Assembly: GCA_964568815.1 (NCBI GenBank)
Contig: CAZMRY010000001.1
Span: forward strand, 14,055 to 78,054
Source: an uncultured Eubacteriales bacterium
GTDB lineage: Bacteria; Bacillota; Clostridia; RGIG6154
Reading direction: 5' to 3'
DNA length: 64,000 bases
The notes under the pieces are model-generated. The model was given only the letters and a program-made list of their open reading frames with translations, was not told the origin of the DNA and made no database searches. The translations under genes were made by a program, and so were the position numbers. Below, piece after piece: positions 10,844 through 20,103 of the stretch (position 1 is the first letter of the stretch; each line of letters begins with the position of its first letter).

Positions 10844-11889
10844 TTTTCGCTCCTATCCAAAGCTTCCCAAATGCCATTGATATAAACAGCACCTAAAGCT
10901 CTATCATACAAACCATATCCCGGTTTGCCGTTTTCTCCCCAAATCATTCTTCCATGGTCCGGACGAATGTATCCATCAAAACCATTATCGTGATATGCTT
11001 TAATAATAGCATAAATATCGAGTGAACCACATTCTGTCTTATGTGCTGCTTCTTCAAAGCATTTATCACCTGTTATCTTGATATTTCTAATATGTGCAAA
11101 GTGTATTCTATCACAGAATTTATTAATCATTTCTACTATATCATTCTCGGGGTCAACACCAAGCGAACCGCTGCAAAGTGTTAATCCATTGTATTTGCTA
11201 TCATACAATTTTAAAAATCTTTCAAGATTTTTTGCGTTAGTGATAATTCGCGGTAAACCAAAAATGCTCCATGGTGGGTCATCAGGATGAATTGCCATTT
11301 TGATTTTAACTTCTTCTGCAACCTTTATAACTTTATCTAAGAAATATTTTAAGTTATTCCATAAGTCCTCTTCTGTTATAGATTGATACTTTGTCATAAG
11401 CTCCTTCATTCCTTGCTTGGTATAACTTGAATCCCAACCTGGTAATGCCAAATTCCCTGTTAATGGATTCATATCGTGGACAGTTTCTTCACGATATATC
11501 AGTGCGTGAGACCCGTCTGACAATTCAAAATTCAAATCTGAACGAGTCCAATCAAAAACCGGCATAAAATTGTAGCATACGCAATCAACACCTGCTTTTG
11601 CAAGGTTTCTTAATGTTTCACAATAATTTTGTATGTATATATCTCTGTCCCCATCACCTGTTTTTATATCTTCATGTACGGGTACGCTTTCAATTACACT
11701 TAATTTAAGACCTTTCGCCTCAACATCGCTTTTTAATTTCAGTATTCTTTCAAGCGGCCAAACCTCTCCAACAGGAACATCATATACTGCTGATACAATT
11801 CCTGTAACACCCGGTATTTGTTTTATTTTATCAAGAGTAACCGGGTCATCGTGTCCATACCATCTAAATGTCATTTCCATAACAATCAC
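10840..11889 (-). CDS. uxuA: mannonate dehydratase
   Basis: MEMTFRWYGHDDPVTLDKIKQIPGVTGIVSA... closely parallels the UxuA N-terminus (MEQTWRWYGPNDPVSL...) and the ...ESVPVHEDIK motif, at 349 aa. Confidence 0.8.
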   Translation of the reverse strand: MIVMEMTFRWYGHDDPVTLDKIKQIPGVTGIVSAVYDVPVGEVWPLERILKLKSDVEAKGLKLSVIESVPVHEDIKTGDGDRDIYIQNYCETLRNLAKAGVDCVCYNFMPVFDWTRSDLNFELSDGSHALIYREETVHDMNPLTGNLALPGWDSSYTKQGMKELMTKYQSITEEDLWNNLKYFLDKVIKVAEEVKIKMAIHPDDPPWSIFGLPRIITNAKNLERFLKLYDSKYNGLTLCSGSLGVDPENDIVEMINKFCDRIHFAHIRNIKITGDKCFEEAAHKTECGSLDIYAIIKAYHDNGFDGYIRPDHGRMIWGENGKPGYGLYDRALGAVYINGIWEALDRSEK

Positions 11890-11890
11890 C

Positions 11891-12790
11891 CTATATAACC
11901 TTTACAGTTATACCTTTACTTTCTGCTATTTTTTTTAATTCTTCTAACTTCTCATCACAGAGAGGACTTTCTTTTACAAAGTCGTTTGCTTTGTTTAAAC
12001 TCTTATATTTGCCTTCGCCAAGTGGATTAAAGTTTAACATCTCATACCTTACAAGGTTCCTTAAATCCTTTATGTAATCAGCAATTTGCTCAATATTTTC
12101 TTTGTTGTCTGTCACACCAGGTATAAGTGGAGTTCTAATTATAAATGGAATATTAAGTTTATCTAATTTCTTAATATTGTCCAATACAACACTATTGGAT
12201 ACACCTGTGTATTTCTGATGTTTTTCATTATCAAAAATCTTAATATCGCACATTACCATATCCAAATTATCAATTAAACTCTGTGCATTTTCCAAAGGCA
12301 CAGATAAGTTCGTTTCTATTGCAATATTAATATCTTCAGTTTTGCAAGCTTTTGCAAGTTCCGTTGCAAATTCAATGTTGCAAAGCACCTCACCACCTGA
12401 AATTGTAACACCGCCATTGGAATTATTATAATATGCCTTATCCTGTAGTATCTGTTTCATAACATCATCTACTGTCATGGTTTTACCACACATTACAAGT
12501 GCTTCTGCATAACACACTTCTGCACATTTTCCGCAAGAAACACACAATTCTCTATCTATAACGTGCTTTTCATCAACAATTTTGTGTGCACCTTTAGGAC
12601 AAGCTTCAAAGCACTTGCCGCAACCTATGCACTTTGAATCATAGAACATAAGCTCAGACTTATTAGAAAGGGTTTCAGGATTATGACACCAAGTGCAGTG
12701 CATATTACATCCTTTTAGAAACACTGTCGTTCTTATTCCGGCACCATCACTTAATGAAAATCTTTGAATATCTGTAATTAATGTTTTCAT
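11891..12790 (-). CDS. glycyl-radical enzyme activating protein (radical SAM)
   Basis: CNMHCTWCHNPE radical-SAM CxxxCxxC motif plus two ferredoxin-like clusters (CIGCGKCFEACP, CVSCGKCAEVC). The 299-aa size is typical of non-PFL GRE activases. Confidence 0.85.
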   Translation of the reverse strand: MKTLITDIQRFSLSDGAGIRTTVFLKGCNMHCTWCHNPETLSNKSELMFYDSKCIGCGKCFEACPKGAHKIVDEKHVIDRELCVSCGKCAEVCYAEALVMCGKTMTVDDVMKQILQDKAYYNNSNGGVTISGGEVLCNIEFATELAKACKTEDINIAIETNLSVPLENAQSLIDNLDMVMCDIKIFDNEKHQKYTGVSNSVVLDNIKKLDKLNIPFIIRTPLIPGVTDNKENIEQIADYIKDLRNLVRYEMLNFNPLGEGKYKSLNKANDFVKESPLCDEKLEELKKIAESKGITVKVI

Positions 12791-12976
12791 ATTCTCCTCC
12801 TGTGATATTTCAGATAAAATTATATTGGTTTAATCATAATAACAATTAAAACTCTTCTAATATTTCACAAACATTTTTTCTGTGAGTTTCCTCAACGAGA
12901 CAATTATTATATATACAAAACCTATTACTGCTATAATATACTCATTGTCGGGAATATTTGCAGTTTTTAAATTTGC

Positions 12977-13903
12977 TCACGATATAACGACTTTTACAAT
13001 TGGTATAATTACAAGACTCATCAATGTTGAAATTGCAACCATAACAGCAGGATATTTATCATCTACCCCGTATTGTCTTGCAATAACAGTCTGACTTGCC
13101 ATAACTGGCATGAAAGCCTGAACAATAAACACATTCCTTGCAAGTGAGTCAACATTAAGCAGCATAATTCCAACAATGAAAACCAATGGTGAAATTATAA
13201 ATCTTGCAACAAGTCCAAGACATACGCTTTTATCGAGTCTTATATTTTTAAGACCAAATTGACCTAAAGCAAAGCCAGTAAATATCATAGAAAGTGGGGT
13301 TGTCATACCGGCTATGTATTTTATTGTATCATTTGCAAAATCAGGTAATCCAAAACTTGGATAAGCTTCCCTGACTAGTACGACTATAATCCCGAGTACA
13401 AGTCCATATAATGGTGTAGGAATTTTAAACTTACCAGTAATCTTTTTCCCTGCAATTACTCTTATACCAATACTCCAAAACAGAATTGTACTAGCAACAT
13501 AATAATATAAAATTATTGATGCATTTGCTTCCCCAAAAAGAGCAATACTTACAGGCATTCCCATAAACAATGTATTATTAAATGCTGTCAAAGCAATAAA
13601 CGAGCCTTTTTTTTCTTCATATATTTTGAAAGCTTTGGCAATAGCCCATGCAAAAATCATTGAAACAATTTGTGACAACATAATCACCGTAACATAAAGT
13701 GGAATATTTTTTAGTTCTTCACTTCCTAATGAGGTTGTTACAGTTTTAAAAACACTACAAGGTAAAGTAATATTTACTACAAAATAGGATAAAAAGCTGC
13801 CGATTGAATTTGTTATTTTCCCATTAACCTGTAAAACATAACCTATAAACACCAATAATACTATTGTAAATACCGACTGAAAAGCCGTAACTAGTTCACC
13901 CAT
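12977..13903 (-). CDS. AEC family (auxin efflux carrier-like) membrane transporter
   Basis: Polytopic membrane protein of ~308 aa. The ORF track starts at 13936, but the ATG at 13903 overlaps the upstream TGA by 8 nt (ATGGGTGA) and is preceded by GGAGG, so 13903 is the more likely start. Confidence 0.7.
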   Translation of the reverse strand: MGELVTAFQSVFTIVLLVFIGYVLQVNGKITNSIGSFLSYFVVNITLPCSVFKTVTTSLGSEELKNIPLYVTVIMLSQIVSMIFAWAIAKAFKIYEEKKGSFIALTAFNNTLFMGMPVSIALFGEANASIILYYYVASTILFWSIGIRVIAGKKITGKFKIPTPLYGLVLGIIVVLVREAYPSFGLPDFANDTIKYIAGMTTPLSMIFTGFALGQFGLKNIRLDKSVCLGLVARFIISPLVFIVGIMLLNVDSLARNVFIVQAFMPVMASQTVIARQYGVDDKYPAVMVAISTLMSLVIIPIVKVVIS

Positions 13904-14900
13904 TATTCCTCCACTCCACATTATCATAGATATCAAAAACTAGTTTCATTGTATCATAAGCGTCGTTTATATCCGTATAATGTTCCCCATTGCCATTAAG
14001 TGAATCATAGAAACTGCTAATAACTGTCAGATGACCGCTACCCCAATATGACTTTCCCACCTTAACACTTTTGTCAGAAGTTATATATTCTGCACCCTTT
14101 TCTCCAATTTTGTATAAACAATTATCTGCATAACGATAATGAGCCTTTTCAAACAAAAGATCTAAAATATACGGTTCATCAACCACATAACAATTGGAGG
14201 CATTAAATATTCCTCTTGCGCCATTTTCAAAGTACATTAAGACCTGAGCATTGTCTTCAACCTCAATATTTGAAATATGCCAGTGATTTATGCTCGCCTT
14301 AAAATCCTCCACTTTGCCGCCAAAATATAGCATCATATCAATCATATGCACCGTCTGGTTTATAAGCAAACCGCCACCCTCGGTAGCCCATTTGCCTCTC
14401 CATTCATCCTGATTGTAATATGCTTCGTCTCTTTTCCAAAAAACATTACCTATAATACCTTTGAGTTTACCCAAATCATTGTTCAATACAATTTCTTTTA
14501 ACTTTTCTATACATACATTTCGTCTATTTTGCAGCATAACGCAAAGTTTCTTTTTGTTTTCGTCACTGTTTACAAAAGCAACAAGTTCGTCCATTTCGTT
14601 TTTGTTGATTGCAACAGGCTTTTCCAAAACAACATCTTTTCCTGATTTTAAAGCCTTAATTGTCATATCTTTATGTAAATAATGAGGAGTGCATATATGT
14701 ACAACATCAATATTGCAGTCCTTTAACATTTCCTCAAAGTCATTATAAACAATGCAGTTATATTCATCAGCACATTGCCTTGCCCGGCTGTCATTAATAT
14801 CGCATACGGCATATAGTGTTACATTTTTAATTTTCTTTATTGCATTTGCATGAACAGGTCCTATAGCTCCGTATCCAACTATACAAATATTCAATTTCAT
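13896..14900 (-). CDS. Gfo/Idh/MocA family oxidoreductase
   Basis: MKLNICIVGYGAIGPVHANAI Rossmann motif at 334 aa. Confidence 0.8.
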   Translation of the reverse strand: MKLNICIVGYGAIGPVHANAIKKIKNVTLYAVCDINDSRARQCADEYNCIVYNDFEEMLKDCNIDVVHICTPHYLHKDMTIKALKSGKDVVLEKPVAINKNEMDELVAFVNSDENKKKLCVMLQNRRNVCIEKLKEIVLNNDLGKLKGIIGNVFWKRDEAYYNQDEWRGKWATEGGGLLINQTVHMIDMMLYFGGKVEDFKASINHWHISNIEVEDNAQVLMYFENGARGIFNASNCYVVDEPYILDLLFEKAHYRYADNCLYKIGEKGAEYITSDKSVKVGKSYWGSGHLTVISSFYDSLNGNGEHYTDINDAYDTMKLVFDIYDNVEWRNNG

Positions 14901-15095
14901 TCCTCCTGCCCAATAAATATATCCAATCTTTCATATTAAGTATAACACATTACAAAAATAATAAAATGGCAAAACAAAACTTATTATTGTGTTTTTTAAA
15001 CTTAGTGCTTTTAAAAAATTTAATTTATAATTGATTTTTTCTATTTTTTCTGTTAATATATCGTTGTATTTATTTTACTGTGATAAGAAAGAAAG

Positions 15096-15995
15096 GTGTT
15101 AATTTTGTACTTAAAAGATATTGATCCGTTTGTAAGACAATCTTTGATTACACATTTAAATCGCAATAATGAAAAAGATATATTTGTCAAACTAAAAACA
15201 TATGACCACCGTTTATTCTATATATTATCAGACAAAGGAAATATTATAATCAACGATAAACAATACCCCTTGGAGTATGGTTCTGTAATACTATTTCAGT
15301 CCGGCACCGAATATATGTGGCAATTAGAAAACGACAATGAATTAAAATTCATCGCCGTTAACTTTGATTATGCTCATGAGTTTTCGCACATAAAATCTTC
15401 TATGCATCCAATACATTCAAACAATTTCGACAGCAGAATGATACTTGAAAAAATAGAATTTGAAGATACAAAAATATTAAATGCTCCGATTATTATAAAT
15501 AAAATTTCTTCATTTGACAGAGATATAAGAAACCTATCCACGGAGTTTACAATAAAAGCTGAATACAGAGACGAGCTTCTATCAACTATAATGAAATCTT
15601 TAATAATTAAGATAATACGTTCAAAAGCTATAGGCACCGCAAATCCTAATAAGAATTATAAGTTTGTGAAAAAAATAATCGAATACATTCAAAACAACTA
15701 TACAAGTCCACTCACCAATGAATCAATAGCAGAACATTTTAAAATCCATCCTGTATATCTCAATAGAGTATTTAAGGAATATACTAACAAATCAATTCAT
15801 GCTTTTATTTTAAGCTACAGGCTTTCCGCTGCATGTATTTTACTTCGTTCAGAAGACTTACCCATAAATCTAATTGCATCTTCAGTAGGATACACTGATA
15901 CTATACAATTTTACAAAATGTTCAAAAAACACATAGGTGTAACTCCCAAACAATTCAGGATCAACGCACCTAACGAAAACTCTCAAGATATATAA
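15096..15995 (+). CDS. AraC family transcriptional regulator, divergent from the sugar locus
   Basis: C-terminal AraC HTH (ESIAEHFKIHPVYLNRVFKEYTNKSIHAF ... IASSVGYTDTIQFYKMFKKHIGVTPKQFR). The start is a GTG at 15096 immediately after AAAGG; a TTG at 15105 is an alternative. Confidence 0.8.
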   Translation: MLILYLKDIDPFVRQSLITHLNRNNEKDIFVKLKTYDHRLFYILSDKGNIIINDKQYPLEYGSVILFQSGTEYMWQLENDNELKFIAVNFDYAHEFSHIKSSMHPIHSNNFDSRMILEKIEFEDTKILNAPIIINKISSFDRDIRNLSTEFTIKAEYRDELLSTIMKSLIIKIIRSKAIGTANPNKNYKFVKKIIEYIQNNYTSPLTNESIAEHFKIHPVYLNRVFKEYTNKSIHAFILSYRLSAACILLRSEDLPINLIASSVGYTDTIQFYKMFKKHIGVTPKQFRINAPNENSQDI

Positions 15996-16010
15996 GGCCA
16001 GAAAAAAAAT

Positions 16011-16040
16011 AAAAAGGCAGTTCAATTCAAACGGCCTTTT
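16011..16040 (+). terminator. weak hairpin plus T-run after the AraC gene
   Basis: aaaaggc...gcctttt with a long loop, followed by cgtttatttt. This is marginal. Confidence 0.3.
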
Positions 16041-16716
16041 CGTTTATTTTAAATAAACATTGACTAATTCTAATATATATTGTGATATGCTAATAACAGA
16101 AATTACAATAAATGTTTTGGTTTTGTTATCAGGATGTACTTTTAATGTTATACAACTTCTGCATTCGATATAACTTTTGTCCATTATTTTGCAACCCCTC
16201 GTGAGTAAAAATTGCTTCTTATCAAAATTTATCGGCACTTTTTATCGGCGGTCTAGCACTTCCCGGAATAAGCAATTCCTTTGCAAAGTTTGTTTTCTGT
16301 TTATTTATATCAGTGCGATGATAGTTTTTCGTTTAACTTTTTTACACTCAAAACATCTCATTACCTATAACTACATTCCTACAAAATGCTTTGGCGACTT
16401 TTGTACTTTTTACCGCTTTTAATGTTATACCAAAAAGCATTTTTCCCACCCCTCCCTACTAGTGGGAAAAGTGGTATGAAAGTAAAATTTTTACAGTTCC
16501 CGAAAGTCGCTATATTACTGTGTTTGAAAGCTGTTGATATGTGGAGTTGTTTTCCATTTGGTGCTACTTTTGAAAAATTAACACCAAATGATATTTTTCC
16601 CAACCCCCTATGGAGCAAAAATCTCCTTATCATACATCTTGTTTTATAAAAAAAGCACACAAAAATAAATTCTTTCTTTTCTACAAAGCACATCTTACTG
16701 AATAATCTTTCACCTT

Positions 16717-18135
16717 TCAACCATTTGACTGATTTTTCATTATATCCGCAAACCCAACTAATGTTACATTACCCAATTCATCTGCTTTATCAACGCATCC
16801 TTTTGTAAAGCCTGATTTCGAAAATAAATAGTAATGCTTTGTTTTATATGAGAACAGATTACCACGTTTTATAAGTGTTTCTAAAACACCAAGGTCAACC
16901 TTTTCATTTGTCCATTTACATTCTGCAAATAGAGCTGTGTTTTTATCCTGTTCTCCCATAATATCTATTTCTGCTTGTGCTTTTTCTTTGGGATCGTTAC
17001 CCCACCAACGACCGAGTGAGGTAAACTCTATAGGACAGTTACCGGAAAGAAGTTGTTTCCAAAGATACTGTTTGCAGATTTCTTCAAAAACCTTACCCAT
17101 ATAGTTAGAAAAATGCGGTTCAATTCGTTTGTAAACTAAATCAGCAGCACCACGCGCAATGATTGAGTTGTTTTCAAGAACAAAGCGATACCAGAAACGG
17201 AACATATTGTCCTCAATGGAGTAAACCGACTTACGGGAAGCTTTTTCTCCATAAGGAGTTTCTTTCTGCACAATACCAAGATTAATTAAATTTTTAATAT
17301 AAGTTGCACATACATTCGTATCTTCTCCAACCTTGCTTGAAATCTCTGACATTCTTGATGAACCGGTTGCAATTGCTGTAATAATTGCTGTATAAATAGC
17401 CGGTTCACGCACTTCTTGTTTCAAAAGGTTAGTAGGTTCCTCGTACAAGAATGAAATTGGATTTAAGTATGTGTTTTTTATATTGTCTTCAACGCTTAAC
17501 TTATCATCCATCTGCAAAAGGTACTGGGGTGTGCCGCCTGCAACACCATAGATAAGTGCTTTATCCTCGTTAGACAGATTTTTAAAATATCTGCAGGTTT
17601 CCTCAAAGTCAAATGGTAAAAGTTTCATTTGCGCTGTCCTTCTGCCATAAAGAGGTGCTTTATATGCGAGCACATGGTCTTCCATATACGACATAGAAGA
17701 ACCACAGAGAATAAGCATCAATTTTGATGTATCTTTATATTTATCAATTAGAAGTTGCAAAGTAGATGCAAGGCTTTTTGATGAACGAGCCACATAAGGG
17801 TATTCATCAATAGCAAGAATAATTCTTTCGTTTTCCGCAAGTTTGAATACATACTCTAACGCCGCCTGGAACGAAAGGAAAGAGGATTCCGTTTCAATAC
17901 CGCTTGCAAACTCCATAATGCTTTTGGAGAAGTTTTCAAGATTCTGCTTTGCGTTGCTTTCAACACCCATAAAATAAATAGCTTTTTTATTATCTATAAA
18001 CTCATTTATGAGTGCAGTTTTACCAACACGGCGTCTGCCATAGATAACCGCAAATTCAAATTTATTTGATTTATAAAGCTTATTCAGAGCATCAAGCTCT
18101 CTTTCTCTGCCTATAAACATATACATGACCTCCAT
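16717..18135 (-). CDS. ATP-binding protein (archaeal-type AAA ATPase N-domain plus DUF234-like C-domain)
   Basis: MFIGRERELDALNKLY...FAVIYGRRRVGKTALINEF is the classic Arch_ATPase signature. 472 aa. Confidence 0.7.
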   Translation of the reverse strand: MEVMYMFIGRERELDALNKLYKSNKFEFAVIYGRRRVGKTALINEFIDNKKAIYFMGVESNAKQNLENFSKSIMEFASGIETESSFLSFQAALEYVFKLAENERIILAIDEYPYVARSSKSLASTLQLLIDKYKDTSKLMLILCGSSMSYMEDHVLAYKAPLYGRRTAQMKLLPFDFEETCRYFKNLSNEDKALIYGVAGGTPQYLLQMDDKLSVEDNIKNTYLNPISFLYEEPTNLLKQEVREPAIYTAIITAIATGSSRMSEISSKVGEDTNVCATYIKNLINLGIVQKETPYGEKASRKSVYSIEDNMFRFWYRFVLENNSIIARGAADLVYKRIEPHFSNYMGKVFEEICKQYLWKQLLSGNCPIEFTSLGRWWGNDPKEKAQAEIDIMGEQDKNTALFAECKWTNEKVDLGVLETLIKRGNLFSYKTKHYYLFSKSGFTKGCVDKADELGNVTLVGFADIMKNQSNG

Positions 18136-18211
18136 TTTAGGTTATCTACATAATAGCATACAAGCACAAATTAGTCAAGTACGATTTACTAATTTGTGTT
18201 TGAGTACAAAA

Positions 18212-18248
18212 AGAACATCCGTTTAAATTACGAATGTTCTTAAAATGT
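18212..18248 (-). terminator. rho-independent terminator of the SASP gene
   Basis: Plus strand aagaacat(ccgtttaaattacga)atgttctt forms an 8-bp perfect stem. On the minus strand it is followed by TTTTT. Confidence 0.6.
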
Positions 18249-18257
18249 TTTGCTTAT

Positions 18258-18512
18258 TCATAAGCCTGCTTGCATTGAGAATGTGATGTCTTGTTTATGT
18301 CCCATTTTATTGCGGTTTACGCGAGAAAATTTCCATTGTTGTTCCGGTGTCATCATATTAACCATCTGACCGCCAACGCTACCAGCCTGCTTAGATGTTA
18401 AGTCACCGTTGTAACCCTGTTTGAGGTTAACACCTACTTCGTTTGCAGCTTCCATTTTAAACTGTTCCATAGCAGCTTTTGCTTCAGGAACCATTGTGTT
18501 TCTTCTTGACAT
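18258..18512 (-). CDS. alpha/beta-type small acid-soluble spore protein (SASP)
   Basis: EAKAAMEQFKMEAANEVGVNL...AGSVGGQMV matches the two conserved SASP boxes (KxExAxEfGV and GxVGG). The ORF track extends to 18617, but the ATG at 18512 is preceded by AAGGAGTG at a 9-nt spacing, giving an 84-aa protein. Confidence 0.8.
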   Translation of the reverse strand: MSRRNTMVPEAKAAMEQFKMEAANEVGVNLKQGYNGDLTSKQAGSVGGQMVNMMTPEQQWKFSRVNRNKMGHKQDITFSMQAGL

Positions 18513-18722
18513 TTCTTTTACACTCCTTGAATATTTTTCGTGATAATAACTTAAAAAGATTTCTTTTTCAATCATCATCACGCTACTATTATTTGCATTG
18601 GACATTAAGGTATTCAAGTATGTTTTTCTAAAAATTGAAATATTTTCTATTCAAATAAAATTTATTATTTCCATTGAATTATTTAAAAAAGTATGATAAA
18701 ATTTATTAAAACATAAAGGAGA

Positions 18723-19880
18723 ATGAATATGCATATTACAAATGACATAAAATACATCGGTGTAAATGACCATAAAATCGACCTTTTTGAAGGTCAGTAT
18801 ATAGTTCCAAACGGGATGTCTTACAATTCTTATGCCATTATTGATGAAAAAATTGCTATAATGGATACAGTTGACATAAATTTTAAAGATGAATGGTTTG
18901 AAAATATAGAATATACTCTTTCAGGCAGAACACCTGACTACCTTATTATTCATCATATGGAACCTGACCATTCTGCAAACATATTTAATTTCACAGAAAA
19001 ATATCCAGAAGCAAAAATTGTTGCATCAGCAAAGGCTTTTGCTATGATGAAAAACTTTTTTGGAACAGATTTTGCTGAAAAACAAATTCAGGTAAGCGAA
19101 GGAAGTACACTTTGTCTTGGTGAACACAATCTTACCTTTGTTACAGCGCCTATGGTGCACTGGCCTGAGGTAATCGTTTCGTATGATGCAAAAGATAAAG
19201 TGCTCTTTTCTGCTGACGGTTTTGGAAAGTTCGGTGCTCTTGACGCCGAAGAAGACTGGGCATGTGAAGCAAGAAGATATTATATAGGTATAGTTGGAAA
19301 ATACGGTGCTCAGGTACAGGCACTATTAAAGAAGGCATCAGGTCTTGACATTGAAATAATCTGTCCTCTTCACGGACCTGTTCTTAATGAAAACCTTGGT
19401 TACTATATTAATCTTTATGATATATGGTCAGGTTACTCTGTTGAAGAAGACGGAATAGTAATTGCATACACATCTGTTTATGGCAATACTAAAAAGGCTG
19501 TTATGCTTCTTGAAGAAAAATTAAAAGAAAAAAACATCAAGGTAGTTGTAAATGACCTTGCAAGATGCGATATGGCTGAAGCTGTTGAGGATGCATTCAG
19601 ATACAGCAAACTTGTACTTGCAACTACAACATACAATACTGATATTTTCCCTTTTATGCATGAATTTATCAATCACCTCACCGAAAGGAACTATCAGAAC
19701 AGAACTGTTGCATTTATAGAAAACGGCAGTTGGTCACCAACAGCCACAAAAGTAATGAAGACTATGCTTGAAAACAGCAAAAATCTTTCTTACACAGAAA
19801 ATAATGTAAAAATCTTATCTGCATTAAACGATGATAGTATTAATGAAATAAATCTTCTTGCAGATGAGTTATGTAAATAA
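18723..19880 (+). CDS. flavodiiron protein (FprA / rubredoxin:oxygen oxidoreductase family)
   Basis: Metallo-beta-lactamase-like N-domain (HHMEPDHS) plus a flavodoxin-like C-domain at 385 aa. A rubredoxin gene follows immediately. The likely start is the second ATG at 18729, which has better SD spacing. Confidence 0.8.
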   Translation: MNMHITNDIKYIGVNDHKIDLFEGQYIVPNGMSYNSYAIIDEKIAIMDTVDINFKDEWFENIEYTLSGRTPDYLIIHHMEPDHSANIFNFTEKYPEAKIVASAKAFAMMKNFFGTDFAEKQIQVSEGSTLCLGEHNLTFVTAPMVHWPEVIVSYDAKDKVLFSADGFGKFGALDAEEDWACEARRYYIGIVGKYGAQVQALLKKASGLDIEIICPLHGPVLNENLGYYINLYDIWSGYSVEEDGIVIAYTSVYGNTKKAVMLLEEKLKEKNIKVVVNDLARCDMAEAVEDAFRYSKLVLATTTYNTDIFPFMHEFINHLTERNYQNRTVAFIENGSWSPTATKVMKTMLENSKNLSYTENNVKILSALNDDSINEINLLADELCK

Positions 19881-19895
19881 AAGGAGGAATTTAAA

Positions 19896-20054
19896 ATGAA
19901 AAAATATGTATGCGATGTATGCGGTTGGGTTTACGATGAAGCTGAAGGACTTCCTGAAAGCGGTATAGCACCTGGAACAAAATTTGAAGATTTACCTGAT
20001 GATTTTGCTTGTCCTCTTTGCTCTGTAGGCAAAGATATGTTCTCAGAAGAATAA
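19896..20054 (+). CDS. rubredoxin (52 aa)
   Basis: Translates to [52 protein letters not shown] with the two CxxC knuckles (CDVCG, CPLC). It is preceded by AAGGAGGAAT and is missing from the ORF track because it is under 60 aa. Confidence 0.85.
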   Translation: MKKYVCDVCGWVYDEAEGLPESGIAPGTKFEDLPDDFACPLCSVGKDMFSEE

Positions 20055-20059
20055 TTATT

Positions 20060-20090
20060 ATTCCCGCCATAACAAGGCGGGAATATTTTA
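20060..20090 (+). terminator. rho-independent terminator
   Basis: attcccgcc(ataacaa)ggcgggaat is a 9-bp perfect stem followed by atttta. Confidence 0.7.
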
Positions 20091-20103
20091 AAAGGAGAAA
20101 TTT

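Noticed and set aside
16044-16720. Four overlapping small ORFs (64-113 aa) on both strands in the AraC-ATPase gap
   Set aside because: They are mutually overlapping, have no SD, and give Phe/Leu/Lys-rich translations typical of AT-rich non-coding DNA. The region was kept only as a repeat-containing intergenic region.
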